Source of the DNA: Eledone cirrhosa
Taxonomy: Eukaryota
Direction: 5' to 3'
NCBI GenBank assembly: GCA_964016885.1
Contig: OZ024742.1
Location: 139,252,001-139,316,000, forward strand
Length of the DNA: 64,000 nucleotides
In this document: piece after piece, positions 27,636 to 43,646 of the stretch
Position numbering within the stretch: position 1 is the stretch's first letter
Layout: the number at the start of each line of letters is the position of its first letter
The notes under the pieces: model-generated
What the model was told of the DNA's origin: nothing
Databases searched by the model: none
The model's input: the letters and a program-made list of their open reading frames with translations, nothing else
Program-made: the position numbers and the translations under genes

Positions 27636-28792
27636 GTAAGTACTCATGAAATATTAATACAAATTTTAGTCCATATATATAATTTATTTTCGAATCATAT
27701 CAAGTAACTTTGATACATTGATATCTTTTATAAAGCAGAAAAGAATTGCTTTAAAAAATTAATAATGCAGCTAACGATAACAGAAGCCGAAATGTTTATG
27801 CTGGTCTTCTCTATGAGATTTACATAAACATGCCAGACTTGTTCTCCTATGTCTGCCGCAATTGGCAGTTAAAGAGGAAAATTCCCTGTTCTGTGAATCG
27901 AGGTGTAGGAAAGCTGATAACGACAAGGACGATGGGCATGTCAGATAATTTCCAGCCAATAAATGTGCTTAACACACAGTTCAATATAATGAAAAGGTTG
28001 CTAGCAACGAGCTTGGCGTTAGATGTCGAGATTCTGTTACAGGAGGCGGAGACTCCACCTCATGCGATACATCATAGAGTAAGGATTGGGACGAGGTAGC
28101 ATAGACACACACATACATACACTGAGGCATATATATATTTATATATATATATATATATGATATTAAATAACGGTAAGTGTAAGTAGAATTTTAAAACGTA
28201 TACTTTACACACTATATATATATTTCTCTGTTTTCTTCAAAAAGAAATTGTTTGTCAATATATATGCGGTAAATTGATATATCATTTAATAAAATCGACG
28301 TTATTAGTTCTATAATTATATTAATTTCATCAATATGTATTAGATAGCAAATGTATAGAAGCTAGGACTTCGATTAAACTATATATGTTTATACAATATA
28401 CTATTTATAAATGAAAGGAATGCTATTTCTGATACAATATCAGTCGATCTGTCTTATTTGAATTTCTTTAGTACATAATTGTTTCTACTTTTGGCACAAG
28501 GCCAGCAATTACCCAGTGCATTACTAGTACATTATTTTATCGACCCCCTAAGGATGAAAGGCAAAGTTAACCTGGGCGGGATTTGAACTCAGAATGGCAA
28601 GGGCCGTAACTCTATTCATCAAAGTATGGCGTCCAACCCTCTACGGATACTGCCAATCCACCGCCATTTCTTTAGTACTTAATGTTAAGAATTATCGTAA
28701 CTTTCAATAATATATATTGAACTGGTATTATAAAAAATAAACAAATTAATGTTTAATCATTACAATAATAAGATATATCTCTGTATTTACAG

Positions 28793-28816
28793 CTGCTACT
28801 ACCGTTGAAAGTACAA
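28793..28816 (+). CDS. Micro-exon B2, 24 nt, (P)ATTVEST
   Basis: Identical to B1, with intact splice sites. Confidence 0.75.
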
Positions 28817-29294
28817 GTAAGTAATCATTATATAACAATACACATATTTTGTCCATATGAATTATTTTACAAGGATAGCAAGCAAATTTATATTCGTTGG
28901 TCGATTACAATCTTTGAAAAATCAAATAAGGATTACTTTATAAAATGTATAATGAAGCTAATGATAACAGAAGCTGAAATACTTGAAGCCCTCAGCGGCT
29001 GTACGATGAACATACAACCCGGCTACGGTGGTCTCCTCTATGCGGTTTACATAGACATGTTAGAAATGTTTTGCAATGATTATGATAGTCTTCTCTATGA
29101 GTTTAACGTAGACATGCTAGACTTGTTCTTGACACTCCTTCAACCTGCCTGCAGCACAAAGCATTAATACAGGGAATTTCTCTGTTCTGTAATTCGGGGC
29201 GTAGTAAAGGTGATATATATTAATAAATGATCTAAAAGATATTATTTAATTTTTCATTATCACTGTAATGATATATATTTATCTGTATTTACAT

Positions 29295-29312
29295 CGGCTG
29301 CTTCTACTAAAC
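29295..29312 (+). pseudogene. C-type pseudo-exon (AT/AT)
   Basis: TTTACAT|...CTAAAC|ATAAGT. Confidence 0.7.
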
Positions 29313-30597
29313 ATAAGTACTCATGATATAATAATATTTATTTTTGTCCATAAAGATAAATTATGTTTGTTACAAGCATAGCAGGTAAATTTACAGTCAT
29401 TGATTTGTTACTACCTTTGATAAATCAGAAAAGAATTGTTTTATGAAATGTTTAATGAAACTTACTATAACAGAAACTGAAATATTTGCACACCTGGCCG
29501 GTTGATCAAGTGGCAAATCACCCGGTTACGATGGCCTCCTTTCTGAGGTTTACATAGACAAGCTAAACTTATTCTCCGATGGTTATGATGGTCTCCTCTA
29601 TGAGGTTTAATCAGACATGCTTGATTTGTTCTGGGCATGATCCAGAGAAGTCAGTATGTCTCCAGCTCACTGCTTGAGTGTCAAATCCATGCAGTTCAAC
29701 TGCTTTGACAAACACTGGACGGACGGGACAATGACATTTGTTTGGGTCGTCTGGTTTTGTCTACACCTCCAGGTGGTTAAGGACTGGGATGAGGTAGCAT
29801 GGATATACACATGAGGTAGCATGGAGGCATTGTTTTTATATGCACTCTTTTTTCCTGCTATTAATTCTGTCTCTCACTCTTTTAAGTTGTGAAATAGACT
29901 GGTTAGCTACGCACGCAGCTGACACATTTCAGCTCGCTACTATATTGCTATATAATGGATGATCGCATTTAAAGTCCGTTAAAGGTTCTTGGCACTACCA
30001 TTGTTACCATCGCTTTCCTCTAGCCTTGGAGACATGAACCGAATGCTACCATTCTATTTTATATCAATGTGAACTGCTATTTCTAATGGCCATCTTCTGA
30101 TCCTTTGATAATTTATGTGTGCGACACGTTGGCTGAGTTCTTCTGACAGGAAAGAAAAGATTGATTCTGTTTAGCTTCCTGTCCCCACGTAAAATTTGTA
30201 AATCAGTGGCTAGTTGAGAGATAGAGTCCTATCGGTTGCCAGTTGCTAATAGCTTTACCGTGTCAGACGTCACAAACAGTCATGGCCGGCATAGACTGGT
30301 CTTAGGATTCTGTCGATCGATTGGTTATTGATTAGGCGATACCCGCTGATCAAGCTGCATAAGCCGATTGTGCATTGTTGCATAATATATGCAGACAGAT
30401 GGTGCAGTGCACCTTATTGGTGCCTTAGTGCGGTAGAAACTCGAGTCCGGGAACCTTATAGGCACCCGTTTTAAGTGCGTTGTGTTGAAGCAAATAATTT
30501 GTGTATACTCTGGGAATGTATCTTACATTGCCCATGGAGTGCGCTGAGATACAACCGGTACTGGCATTGATAAATATGCTGGGTCCGTCAACCCTTG

Positions 30598-30682
<85 letters not shown>

Positions 30683-30899
30683 TAACAGATTAAAGTTTAA
30701 GCAAAGAATCGCTGCTTTCACCCTTAACGGGATCATCGGAAACTTAAGGGTGAAAGCAGCGATTCTTTGCTTAAACTTTAATCTGTTATTTTAATAAATA
30801 TTTGCTCTACGGTTCTTATATATTTGATATATATTTATCCTTATCGAGCCCTCTTTGGATTTTAGTCTTCAAGTTTATTATTATTACTATATATATATA

Positions 30900-30951
<52 letters not shown>

Positions 30952-31090
30952 AATACTTTGGGAGGGTCATGTTGCCAATAAGAAACACACGCACGTGCGT
31001 GTGTTTCTTATTGGCAACATGACCCTCCCAAAATATTACAATAGCGGTTTCAACACACGTTTTCAGAATCTTGCTAAACAAATTCAGAAA

Positions 31091-31226
<136 letters not shown>

Positions 31227-31227
31227 A

Positions 31228-31259
<32 letters not shown>

Positions 31260-32369
31260 CATACATATATATATATATATATAGATATATATATACATAC
31301 ATATATATATATATATGTGTGTGTAATTATGTATGTAATTCGTCGACGACTAAAGCTGCAACCCCACCAAGTTTACTTGGTGAGGAGGGTGATTTTGGAT
31401 ACCCTGCAGGACAAAAAACAAAACCTAGCAAAGGGCGGAAGAACCCTTAAGAGTCAACAGCCATCCAAAAATCTGTAAATATGTCTATACATATATATGT
31501 ATATGTAAATCTGTATATGCATGTGTGCATGTATATGTATATGTGAGGGGACATAGAAATTGTCGGGCTGGATACGATATCGCGCGGTTAAACCCCTGGG
31601 AGTGAAGGACCACTAGTCTTTGTCACGGCATTCTTCTAGGAAAAGGCAACTCAGGAAACTGGGATAACTCCGACATAAAACCTGCGGCTCAATAGTTGCC
31701 GATGATGTTGATCTTTTCTTCTTTTCGGGTTATAGCTGCTGTCGCTCAGAGAATGGGATTGGCTCAGTGCACAGTATTTCCTCACTTTAAAAAATATCTT
31801 CACGCACACGCATTGCACAATGGTATTAATTAATAATTATTAATAATGTTATATCGTGCAATGGCCATACTCGATAACAAGGGGGCAGCCATCATGTATG
31901 TATATGATATTAAATAACAGTAAGTATAAGTAGAATTTTAAAACGTATACTTTACACACTATATATATATTGCTCAGTTTTCTAAAATGTCGCACAATAG
32001 TAAGTCTGTCGAGTGAGTAAAGTAGTCATTGTTGACTTTTAATCACGTTCTGGAGACTAAAATATATATAATGACTTAGGGAGGTATTTTTCTTGAGTAG
32101 GTAAGGCGTTATAACGAAATATAAGGCCATATAATGTACCTTCGAATATATTCATTCATTAATATCGTTTATAAAACAGAAAAGAATTGCTTAATTAAAT
32201 GTTGTATATATATATATGCGGTAAATTGATATATCATTTAATAATAAGACTGACGATATTAGTTCTAAAATTATATTAATTACATCATCTGTATTAGATA
32301 GCAAATGTATAGAAGCTAGGACTTCCATAAACTATACATGTTTCTGAAATATATTATTGATAAATGAAA

Positions 32370-32821
32370 GCGGTGGATTGGCAGTATCGGTAGGGGGTCG
32401 GAAGCCATGCTTTGAAGCATAGAGTTACGGCCCTTGCCGTTCTGAGTTCACACCCCCACCTAGGTTAACTTTGCCTTTCAACCTTACGGGCTCGATAAAA
32501 TAAAGTACCAGTAATGTACAGGATAATTGCTGGCCTTGTGCCAAAAGTAGAAACAATTATTTATAAATGAAAGCAATGCTATTTCTGATACAATATCAGT
32601 CGATCTGTCTTATTTGAATTTCTTTAGTACATAATTTTTTCTACTTTTGGCACAAGGCCAGCAATTTTCCAGTGCATTGCTGGTACTTTATTTTATCGAC
32701 CCCCTAAGGAGGAAAGGCAAAGTTAACCTCGGCGGGATTTGAACTCTGAATGGCAAGGGCCGTAACTCTATTCGTCAAAGTATGGCGTCAAACCCTCTAC
32801 GGATACTGCCAATCCACCGCC
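32370..32821. mobile_element. Tail-to-tail SINE pair
   Basis: + 32370-32556 and - 32632-32821. Confidence 0.85.
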
Positions 32822-32950
32822 ATTTCTTTAGTACATAATGTTAAAAATTATCGTAACTCTCAATAATATATATATTGAACTGGTATTATAAAAAGTAAAC
32901 AAAATAATTTTTAATCATTACAATAATAAGATATATCTCTGTATTTACAG

Positions 32951-32974
32951 CTGCTACTACCGCTAAAAGTACAG
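32951..32974 (+). CDS. Micro-exon B3, (T)ATTAKST
   Basis: AG|CTGCTACTACCGCTAAAAGTACAG|GTAAGT. Confidence 0.8.
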
Positions 32975-33452
32975 GTAAGTAATCATTATATAACAATACA
33001 CATATTTTGTCCATATGAATTATTTTACAAGGATAGCAAGCAAATTTATATTTATTGGTCGATTACAATCTTTGAAAAATCAAATAAGGATTGCTTTATA
33101 AAATGTATAATGAAGCTAATGATAACAGAAGCTGAAATACTTGAAGCCCTCAGCGGCTGTACGATGAACATGTCACCCGGCTACGGTGGTCTCCTCTATG
33201 CGGTTTACATAGACATGATAGAAATGTTCTGCAATGATTATGATAGTCTTCTCTATGAGTTTAACATAGACATGCTAGACTTGTTCTTGACACTCCTTCA
33301 ACCTTCCTGCAGCACAAAGCATTAATACAGGGAAATTCTCTGTTCTGTAATTCGGGGCGTAGTAAAGGTGATATATATTAATAAATGATCTAAAAGATAT
33401 TATTTAATTTTTCATTATCACTGTAATGATATATATTTATCTGTATTTACGG

Positions 33453-33470
33453 CGGCTGCTTCTACTAAAC
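33453..33470 (+). pseudogene. C-type pseudo-exon (acceptor GG, donor GT intact)
   Basis: TTTACGG|CGGCTGCTTCTACTAAAC|GTAAGT. Confidence 0.7.
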
Positions 33471-34755
33471 GTAAGTACTCATGATATAATAATATTTATT
33501 TTTGTCCATAAAGATAAATTATGTTTGTTACAAGCATAGCAGGTAAATTTACAGTCATTGATTTGTTACTATCTTTGATAAATCAGAAAAGAATTGTTTT
33601 ATGAAATGTTTAATGAAACTTACTATAACAGAAGCTGAAATATTTGCACACCTGGCCAGTTGATCAAGTGGCAAATCACCCGGTTACGATGGCCTTCTTT
33701 CTGAGGTTTACATAGACAAGATAAACTTATTCTCCGATGGTTATGATGGTCTCCTCTATGAGGTTTAAACAGACATGCTTGATTTGTTCTGGGCATAATC
33801 CAGAGAAGTCAGTATGTCTCCAGCTCACTGCTTGAGTGTCAAATCCATGCAGTTCAACTGCTTTGACAAACACTGGACGGACGGGACAATGACATTTGTT
33901 TGGGTCGTCTGGTTTTGTCTACACCTCCAGGTGGTTAAGGACTGGGATGAGGTAGCATGGATATACACATACATACACACAAAGGCATTGTTTTGATATG
34001 CACTCTTTTTTCCTGCTATTAATTTTGTCTCTCACTCTTTTAAGTTGTGAAATAGACTGGTTGGCTACGCACGCAGCTGACACATTTCAGCTCGCTACTG
34101 TATTGATATATAATGGTTGATCGCATTTAAAGTCCGTTAAAGGTTCTTGGCACTACCATTGTTACCATCGCTTTCCTCTAGCCTTGGAGACATGAACCGA
34201 ATGCTACCATTCTATTTTATATCAATGTGAACTGCTATTTCTAATGGCCATCTTCTGATCCTTTGATAATTTATGTGTGCGACACGTTGGCTGAGTGCTT
34301 CTGACAGGAAAGAAAAGATTGATTCTGTTTAGCTTCCTGTCCCCACGTAAAATTTGTAAATCAGTGGCTAGTTGAGAGATAGAGTCCTATCGGTTGCCAG
34401 TTGCTAATAGCTTTACCGTGTCAGACGTCACAAACAGTCATGGCCGGCATAGACTGGTCTTAGGATTCTGTCGATCGATTGGTTATTGATTAGGCGATAC
34501 CCGCTGATCAAGCTGCATAAGCCGATTGTGCATTGTTGCATAATATATGCAGACAGATGGTGCAGTGCACCTTATTGGTGCCTTAGTGCGGTAGAAACTC
34601 GGGTCCGGGAACCTTATAGGCACCCGTTTTAAGTGCGTTGTGTTGAAGCAAATAATTTGTGTATACTCTGGGAATGTATCTTACATTGCCCATGGAGTGC
34701 GCTGAGATACAACCGGTACTGGCATTGATAAATATGCTGGGTCCGTCAACCCTTG

Positions 34756-34809
<54 letters not shown>

Positions 34810-35031
34810 TAAAATAACAGATTAAAGTTTAAGCAAAGAATCGCTGCTTTCACCCTTAACGGGATCTTCTGAAATTTAAGGGTGAAAGCAGCGATTCTTT
34901 GCTTAAACTTTAATCTGTTATTTTAATAAATATTTGCTCTACGGTTCTTATATATTTGATATATATTTATCCTTATCGAGCCCTCTTTGGATTTTAGTCT
35001 TCAAGTTTATTATTATTACTATATATATATA

Positions 35032-35065
<34 letters not shown>

Positions 35066-35256
35066 AATACTTTGGGAGGGTCATGTTGCCAATAAGGAAC
35101 ACACGCACGTGCGTGTGTGTCTTATTGGCAACATGACCCTCCCAAAGTATTACAATATCGGTTTCAACACACGTTTTCAGAATCTTGCTAAACAAATTCA
35201 GAAACGATATATATATATATATATATATACATACATATATATATATATAGAGAGAG

Positions 35257-35290
<34 letters not shown>

Positions 35291-36511
35291 GTGTGTGTAT
35301 GTATGTATGTAATTCGTCGACGACTAAAGCTGCAACCCCACCAAGTTTACTTGGTGAGGAGGGTGATTTTGGATACCCTGCAGGACAAAAAACAAAACCT
35401 AGCAAAGGGCGGAAGAACCCTTAAGAGTCAACAGCCATCCAAAAATCTGTAAATATGTCTATACATATATATGTATATGTAAATCTGTATATGCATGTGT
35501 GCATGTATATGTATATGTGTGGGGACATAGAAATTGTCGGGCTGGATACGATATCGCGCGGTTAAACCCCTGGGAGTGAAGGACCACTAGTCTTTGTCAC
35601 GGCATTCTTCTACAAAAAGGCAACTCAGGAAACTGGGATAACTCCGACATAAAACCTGCGGCTCAGTAGTTGCCGATGATGTTGATCTTTTCTTCTTTTC
35701 GGGTTATAGCTACTGTCGCTCAGAGAATGCGATTGGCTCAGTGCACAGTATTTCCTCACTTTAAAAAATATCTTCACGCACACGCATTGCACAATGGTAT
35801 TAATTAATAATTATTAATAATGTTATATCGTGCAATGGCCATACTTGATAACAAGGGGGCAGCCATCATGTATGTATATGATATTAAATAATAGTAAGTA
35901 TAAGTAGAATTTCAAAACGTATACTTTACACACTATATATATATTTCTCAGTTTTCTAAAATGTCGCACAATAGTAAGTCTGTCGAGTGAGTAAAGTAGT
36001 CATTGTTGATTTCTAATCACGTTCTGGAGACTAAAATATATATAATGACTTAGGGAGATAATTTTCTTGAGTAGGTAAGGCGTTATAACGAAATATAAGG
36101 CCATATAATGTACCTTCGAATATATTCATTCATTAATATCGTTTATAAAACAGAAAAGAATTGCCTAATTAAATGTTGTATATTATATATGCTGTAAATT
36201 GATATATCATTTAATAATAAGACTGACGATATTAGTTCTTAAACTATATACAAGGACGATGGTCAAGTCAGATAATTTCCAGCCAATAAATGTGCTTAAC
36301 ACACAGTTCAATATTATGACATGATTACTAGCAACGAGCTTGGCGTTAGATGTCGAGATTCTGTTAGAGGAGGCGGAGACTCCACCTCATGCGATACTTA
36401 ATGTTAAGAATTATCGTAACTCTCAATAATGTATATTGAACTGGTATTATAGAAAATAAACAAAATAATTTTTAATCATTATCATAATAAGATATATCTC
36501 TGTATTTACAG

Positions 36512-36535
36512 CTGCTACTACCGCTGAAAGTACAG
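36512..36535 (+). CDS. Micro-exon B4, (A)ATTAEST
   Basis: AG|CTGCTACTACCGCTGAAAGTACAG|GTAAGT. Confidence 0.8.
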
Positions 36536-37013
36536 GTAAGTAATCATTATATAACAATACACATATTTTGTCCATATGAATTATTTTACAAGGATAGCAA
36601 GCAAATTTATATTTATTGGTCGATTACAATCTTTGAAAAATCAAATAAGGATTGCTTTATAAAATGTATAATGAAGCTAATGATAACAGAAGCTGAAATA
36701 CTTGAAGCCCTCAGCGGCTGTACGATGAACATATCACCCGGCTACGGTGGTCTCCTCTATGCGGTTTACATAGACATGTTAGATATGTTCTGCAATGATT
36801 ATGATAGTCTTCTCTATGAGTTTAACGTAGACATGCTAGACTTGTTCTTGACACTCCTTCAACCTGCCTGCAGCACAAAGCATTAATACAGGGAAATTCT
36901 CTGTTCTGTAATTCGGGGCGTAGTAAAGGTGATATATATTAATAAATGATCTAAAAGATATTATTTAATTTTTCATTATCACCGTAATGATATATATTTA
37001 TCTGTATTTACAT

Positions 37014-37031
37014 CGGCTGCTTCTACTAAAC
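37014..37031 (+). pseudogene. C-type pseudo-exon (AT/AT)
   Basis: TTTACAT|...CTAAAC|ATAAGT. Confidence 0.7.
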
Positions 37032-38316
37032 ATAAGTACTCATGATATAATAATATTTATTTTTGTCCATAAAGATAAATTATGTTTGTTACAAGCATAG
37101 CAGGTAAATTTACAGTCATTGATTTGTTACTACCTTTGATAAATCAGAAAAGAATTGTTTTATAAAATGTTTAATGAAACTTACTATAACAGAAGCTGAA
37201 ATATTTGCACACCTGGCCGGTTGATCAAGTGGCAAATCACCCGGTTACGATGGCCTCCTTTCTGGGGTTTACATAGACAAGCTAAACTTATTCTCCGATG
37301 GTTATGATGGTCTCCTCTATGAGGTTTACACAGACATACTTGATTTGTTCTGGGCATAATCCAGAGAAGTCAGAGTGTTTCCAGCTCACTGCTTGAGTGT
37401 CAAATCCATGCAGTTCAACTGCTTTGACAAACACTGAACGGACGGACCAATGACATTTGTTTGGGTCGTCTGATTTTGTCTACACCTCCAGGTGGTTAAG
37501 GACTGGGATGAAGTAGCATGGACATACACTTACATACACACAAAGGCATTGCTTTGATATGCGCCCTTTTTTCCTGCTATTAATGTTGTCTCTCACTCTT
37601 TTAAGTTGTGAAATAGACTGGTTATCTACGCACGCAGCTGACACATTTCAGCTCGCTTCTGTATTGCTATATAATGGTTGATCGCATATAAAGTCCGTTA
37701 AAGGTTCTTGGCACTACCATTGTTACCATCGCTTTCCTCTAGCCTTGGAGACATAAACCGAATGCTACCATTCTATTTTATATCAATGTGAACTGCTATT
37801 TCTAATGGCCATCTTCTGATCCTTTGATAATTTATGTGTGCGACACGTTGGCTGAGTGCTTCTGACAGGAAAGAAAAGATTGATTCTGTTTAGCTTCTTG
37901 TCCCCACGTAAAATTTGTAAATCAGTGGCTAGTTGAGAGATAGAGTCCTATCGGTTGCCAGTTGCTAATAGCTTTACCGTGTCAGACGTCACAAACAGTC
38001 ATGGCCGGCATAGACTGGTCTTAGGATTCTGTCGATCGATTAGTTATTGATTAGGCGATACCCGCTGATCAAGCTGCATAAGCCGATTGTGCATTGTTGC
38101 ATAATATATGCAGACAGATGGTGCAGTGCACCTTATTGGTGCCTTAGTTCGGTAGAAACTCGAGTCCGGGAACCTTATAGGCACCCGTTTTAAGTGCGTT
38201 GTGTTGAAGCAAATAATTTGTGTATACTCTGGGAATGTATCTTACATTGCCCATGGAGTGCGCTGAGATACAACCGGTACTGGCATTGATAAATATGCTG
38301 GGTCCGTCAACCCTTG

Positions 38317-38392
<76 letters not shown>

Positions 38393-38613
38393 AAAATAAC
38401 AGATTAAAGTTTAAGCAAAGAATCGCTGCTTTCACCCTTAACGGGATCTTCTGAAACTTAAGGGTGAAAGCAGCGATTCTTTGCTTAAACTTTAATCTGT
38501 TATTTTAATAAATATTTGCTCTACGGTTCTTATATATTTGATATATATTTATCCTTATCGAGCCCTCTTTGGATTTTAGTCTTCAAGTTTATTATTATTA
38601 CTATATATATATA

Positions 38614-38691
<78 letters not shown>

Positions 38692-38830
38692 AATACTTTG
38701 GGAGGGTCATGTTGCCAATAAGAAACACACGCACGTGCGTGTGTTTCTTATTGGCAACATGACCCTCCCAAAATATTACAATATCGGTTTCAACACACGT
38801 TTTCAGAATCTTGCTAAACATATTCAGAAA

Positions 38831-38929
<99 letters not shown>

Positions 38930-40183
38930 CATATATATATATATATAGAGAGAGAGATATATGTGTGTGTATGTATGTATGTAATTCGTCGACGACTAAA
39001 GCTGCAACCCCACCAAGTTTACTTGGTGAGGAGGGTGATTTTGGATACCCTGCAGGACAAAAAACAAAACCTAGCAAAGGGCGGAAGAACCCTTAAGAGT
39101 CAACAGCCATCCAAAAATCTGTAAATATGTCTATACATATATATGTATATGTAAATCTGTATATGCATGTGTGCATGTATATGTATATGTGTGGAGACAT
39201 AGAAATTGTCGGGCTGGATACGATATCGCGCGGTTAAACCCCTGGGAGTGAAGGACCACTAGTCTTTGTCACGGCATTCTTCTACGAAAAGGCAACTCAG
39301 GAAACTGGGATAACTCCGACATAAAACCTGCGGCTCAGTAGTTGCCGATGATGTTGATCTTTTCTTCTTTTCGGGTTATAGCTACTGTCGCTCAGAGAAT
39401 GGGATTGGCTCAGTGCACAGTATTTCCTCACTTTAAAAAACATCTTCACGCACACGCATTGCACAATGGTATTAATTAATAATTATTAATAATGTTATAT
39501 CGTGCAATGGCCATACTTGATAACAAGGGGGCAGCCATCATGTATGTATATGATATTAAATAACAGTAAGTATAAGTAGAATTTTTAGACGTATACTTTA
39601 CACACTATATATATATTTCTCAGTTTTCTAAAATGTCGCACAATAGTAAGTCTGTCGAGTGAGTAAAGTAGTCATTGTTGATTTCTAATCACGTTCTGGA
39701 GACTAAAATATATATAATGACTTAGGGAGATAATTTTCTTGAGTCGGTAAGGCGTTATAACGAAATATAAGGCCATATAATGTACCTTCGAATATATTCA
39801 TTCATTAATATCGTTTATAAAACAGAAAAGAATTGCCTAATTAAATGTTGTATATTATATATGCTGTAAATTGATATATCATTTAATAATAAGACTGACG
39901 ATATTAGTTCTTAAACTATATACAAGGACGATGGTCAAGTCAGATAATTTCCAGCCAATAAATGTGCTTAACACACAGTTCAATATTATGACATGATTAC
40001 TAGCAACGAGCTTGGCGTTAGATGTCGAGATTCTGTTAGAGGAGGCGGAGACTCCACCTCGTGCGATACTTAATGTTAAGAATTATCGTAACTCTCAATA
40101 ATGTATATTGAACTGGTATTATAGAAAATAAACAAAATAATTTTTAATCATTATCATAATAAGATATATCTCTGTATTTACAG

Positions 40184-40207
40184 CTGCTACTACCGCTAAA
40201 AGTACAG
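40184..40207 (+). CDS. Micro-exon B5, (A)ATTAKST
   Basis: AG|CTGCTACTACCGCTAAAAGTACAG|GTAAGT. Confidence 0.8.
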
Positions 40208-40685
40208 GTAAGTAATCATTATATAACAATACACATATTTTGTCCATATGAATTATTTTACAAGGATCGCAAGCAAATTTATATTTATTGGTCGATTACA
40301 ATCTTTGAAAAATCAAATAAGGATTGCTTTATAAAATGTATAATGAAGCTAATGATAACAGAAGCTGAAATACTTGAAGCCCTCAGCGGCTGTACGATGA
40401 ACATATCACCCGGCTACGGTGGTCTCCTCTATGCGGTTTACATAGACATGTTAGATATGTTCTGCAATGATTATGATAGTCTTCTCTATGAGTCTAACAT
40501 AGACATGCTAGACTTGTTCTTGACACTCCTTCAACCTGCCTGCAGCACAAAGCATTAATACAGGGAAATTCTCTGTTCTGTAATTCGGGGTGTAGTAAAG
40601 GTGATATATATTAATAAATGATCTAAAAGATATTATTTAATTTTTCATTATCACCGTAATGATATATATTTATCTGTATTTACGG

Positions 40686-40703
40686 CGGCTGCTTCTACTA
40701 AAC
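40686..40703 (+). pseudogene. C-type pseudo-exon (GG/AT)
   Basis: TTTACGG|...CTAAAC|ATAAGT. Confidence 0.7.
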
Positions 40704-42257
40704 ATAAGTACTCATGATATAATAATATTTATTTTTGTCCATAAAGATAAATTATGTTTGTTACAAGCATAGCAGGTAAATTTACAGTCATTGATTTGTT
40801 ACTACCTTTGATAAATCAGAAAAGAATTGTTTTATAAAATGTTTAATGAAACTTACTATAACAGAAGCTGAAATATTTGCACACCTGGCCGGTTGATCAA
40901 GTGGCAAATCACCCGGTTACGATGGCCTCCTTTCTGAGGTTTACATAGACAAGATAAACTTATTCTCCGATGGTTATGATGGTCTCCTCTATGAGGTTTA
41001 AAGAGACATGCTTGATTTGTTCTGGGCATAATCCAGAGAAGTCAGTATGTGTCCAGCTCACTGCTTGAGTGTCAAATCCATGCAGTTCAACTGCTTTGAC
41101 AAACACTGGACAGACGGGACAATGACATTTGTTTGGGTCGTCTGGTTTTGTCTACACCTCCAAGTGGTTAAGGACTGGGATGGGGTAGCATGGATATACA
41201 CATGAGGTAGCATGGATATACACACAAAGGCATTGTTTTGATATGCACTCTTTTTTCCTGCTATTAATTTTGTCTCTCACTCTTTTAAGTTGTGAAATAG
41301 ACTGGTTAGCTACGCACGCGGCTGACACATTTCAGCTCGCTACTATATTGCTATATAATGGATGATCGCATTTAAAGTCCGTTTAAGGTTCTTGGCGCTA
41401 CCATTGTTACCATCGCTTTCCTCTAGCCTTGGAGACATGAACCGAATGCTACCATTCTATTTTATATCAATGTGAACTGCTATTTCTAATGGCCATCTTC
41501 TGATCCTTTGATAATTTATGTGTGCGACACGTTGGCTGAGTGCTTCTGACAGGAAAGAAAAGATTAATTCTGTTTAGCTTCCTGTCCCCATGTAAAATTT
41601 GTAAATCAGTGGCTAGTTGAGAGATAGAGTCCTATCGGTTGCCAGTTGCTAATAGCTTTACCGTGACAGACGTCACAAACAGTCATGGCCGGCATAGACT
41701 GGTCTTAGGATTCTGTCGATCGATTAGTTATTGATTAGGCGATACCCGCTGATCAAGCTGCATAAGCCGATTGTGCATTGTTGCATACTATATGCAGACA
41801 GATGGTGCAGTGCACCTTATTGGTGCCTTAGTGCGGTAGAAACTCGAGTCCGGGAACCTTATAGGCACCCGTTTTAAGTGCGTTGTGTTGAAGCAAATAA
41901 TTTGTGTATACTCTGGGAATGTATCTTACATTGCCCATGGAGTGCGCTGAGATACAACCGGTACAGGCATTGATAAATATGCTGGTTCCGTCAACCCTTG
42001 TTATATATATGTATATATATATATATATATATTTATTAAAATAACAGATTAAAGTTTAAGCAAAGAATCGCTGCTTTCACCCTTAACGGGATCTTCGGAA
42101 ACTTAAGGGTGAAAGCAGCGATTCTTTGCTTAAACTTTAATCTGTTATTTTAATAAATATTTGCTCTACGGTTCTTATATATTTGATATATATTTATATT
42201 ATCGAGCCCTCTTTGGATTTTAGTCTTCAAGTTTATTATTATTACTATATATATATA

Positions 42258-42351
<94 letters not shown>

Positions 42352-42522
42352 AATACTTTGGGAGGGTCATGTTGCCAATAAGAAACACACGCACGTGCGT
42401 GTGTTTCTTATTGGCAACATGACCCTCCCAAAATATTACAATATCGGTTTCAACACACGTTTTCAGAATCTTGCTAAACAAATTCAGAAACGATATATAT
42501 ATAGATATATATAGATATATAT

Positions 42523-42602
<80 letters not shown>

Positions 42603-42959
42603 ATGTATGTATGTAGTTCGTCGACGACTAAAACTGCAACCCCACCAAGTTTACAGGACAAAAAACAAAACCTAGCAAAAGGCGGAAGAACCCTTAAGAG
42701 TCAACAGCCATCCAAAAATCTGTAAATATGTCTATACATGTATATGTATATGTAAATCTGTATATGCATGTGTGCATGTATATGTATATGTGTGGGGACA
42801 TAGAAATTGTCGGGCTGGATACGATATCCGTTTTAAGTGCGTTGTGTTGAAGCAAATAATTTGTGTATACTCTGGGAATGTATCTTACATTGCCCATGGA
42901 GTGCGCTGAGATACAACCGGTACTGGCATTGATAAATATGCTGGGTCCGTCAACCCTTG

Positions 42960-43015
<56 letters not shown>

Positions 43016-43239
43016 TAAAATAACAGATTAAGGTTTAAGCAACGAATCGCTGCTTTCAACCTTAACGGGATCTTCTGAAACTTAAGGGTGAAAGCAGCGA
43101 TTCTTTGCTTAAACTTTAATCTGTTATTTTAATAAATATTTGCTCTCCAGTTCTTATATATTTGATATATATTTATCTTTATCGAGCCCTCTTTGGATTT
43201 TAGTCTTCAAATTTATTATTATTACTATATATATATACT

Positions 43240-43327
<88 letters not shown>

Positions 43328-43466
43328 AATACTTTGGGAGGGTCATGTTGCCAATAAGAAACACACGCACGTGCGTGTGTGTCTTATTGGCAACATGACC
43401 CTCCCAAAATATTACAATATCGGTTTCAACACACGTTTTCAGAATCTTGCTAAACAAATTCAGAAA

Positions 43467-43545
<79 letters not shown>

Positions 43546-43574
43546 CATATATATATATAGAGAGAGATATATAT

Positions 43575-43646
<72 letters not shown>
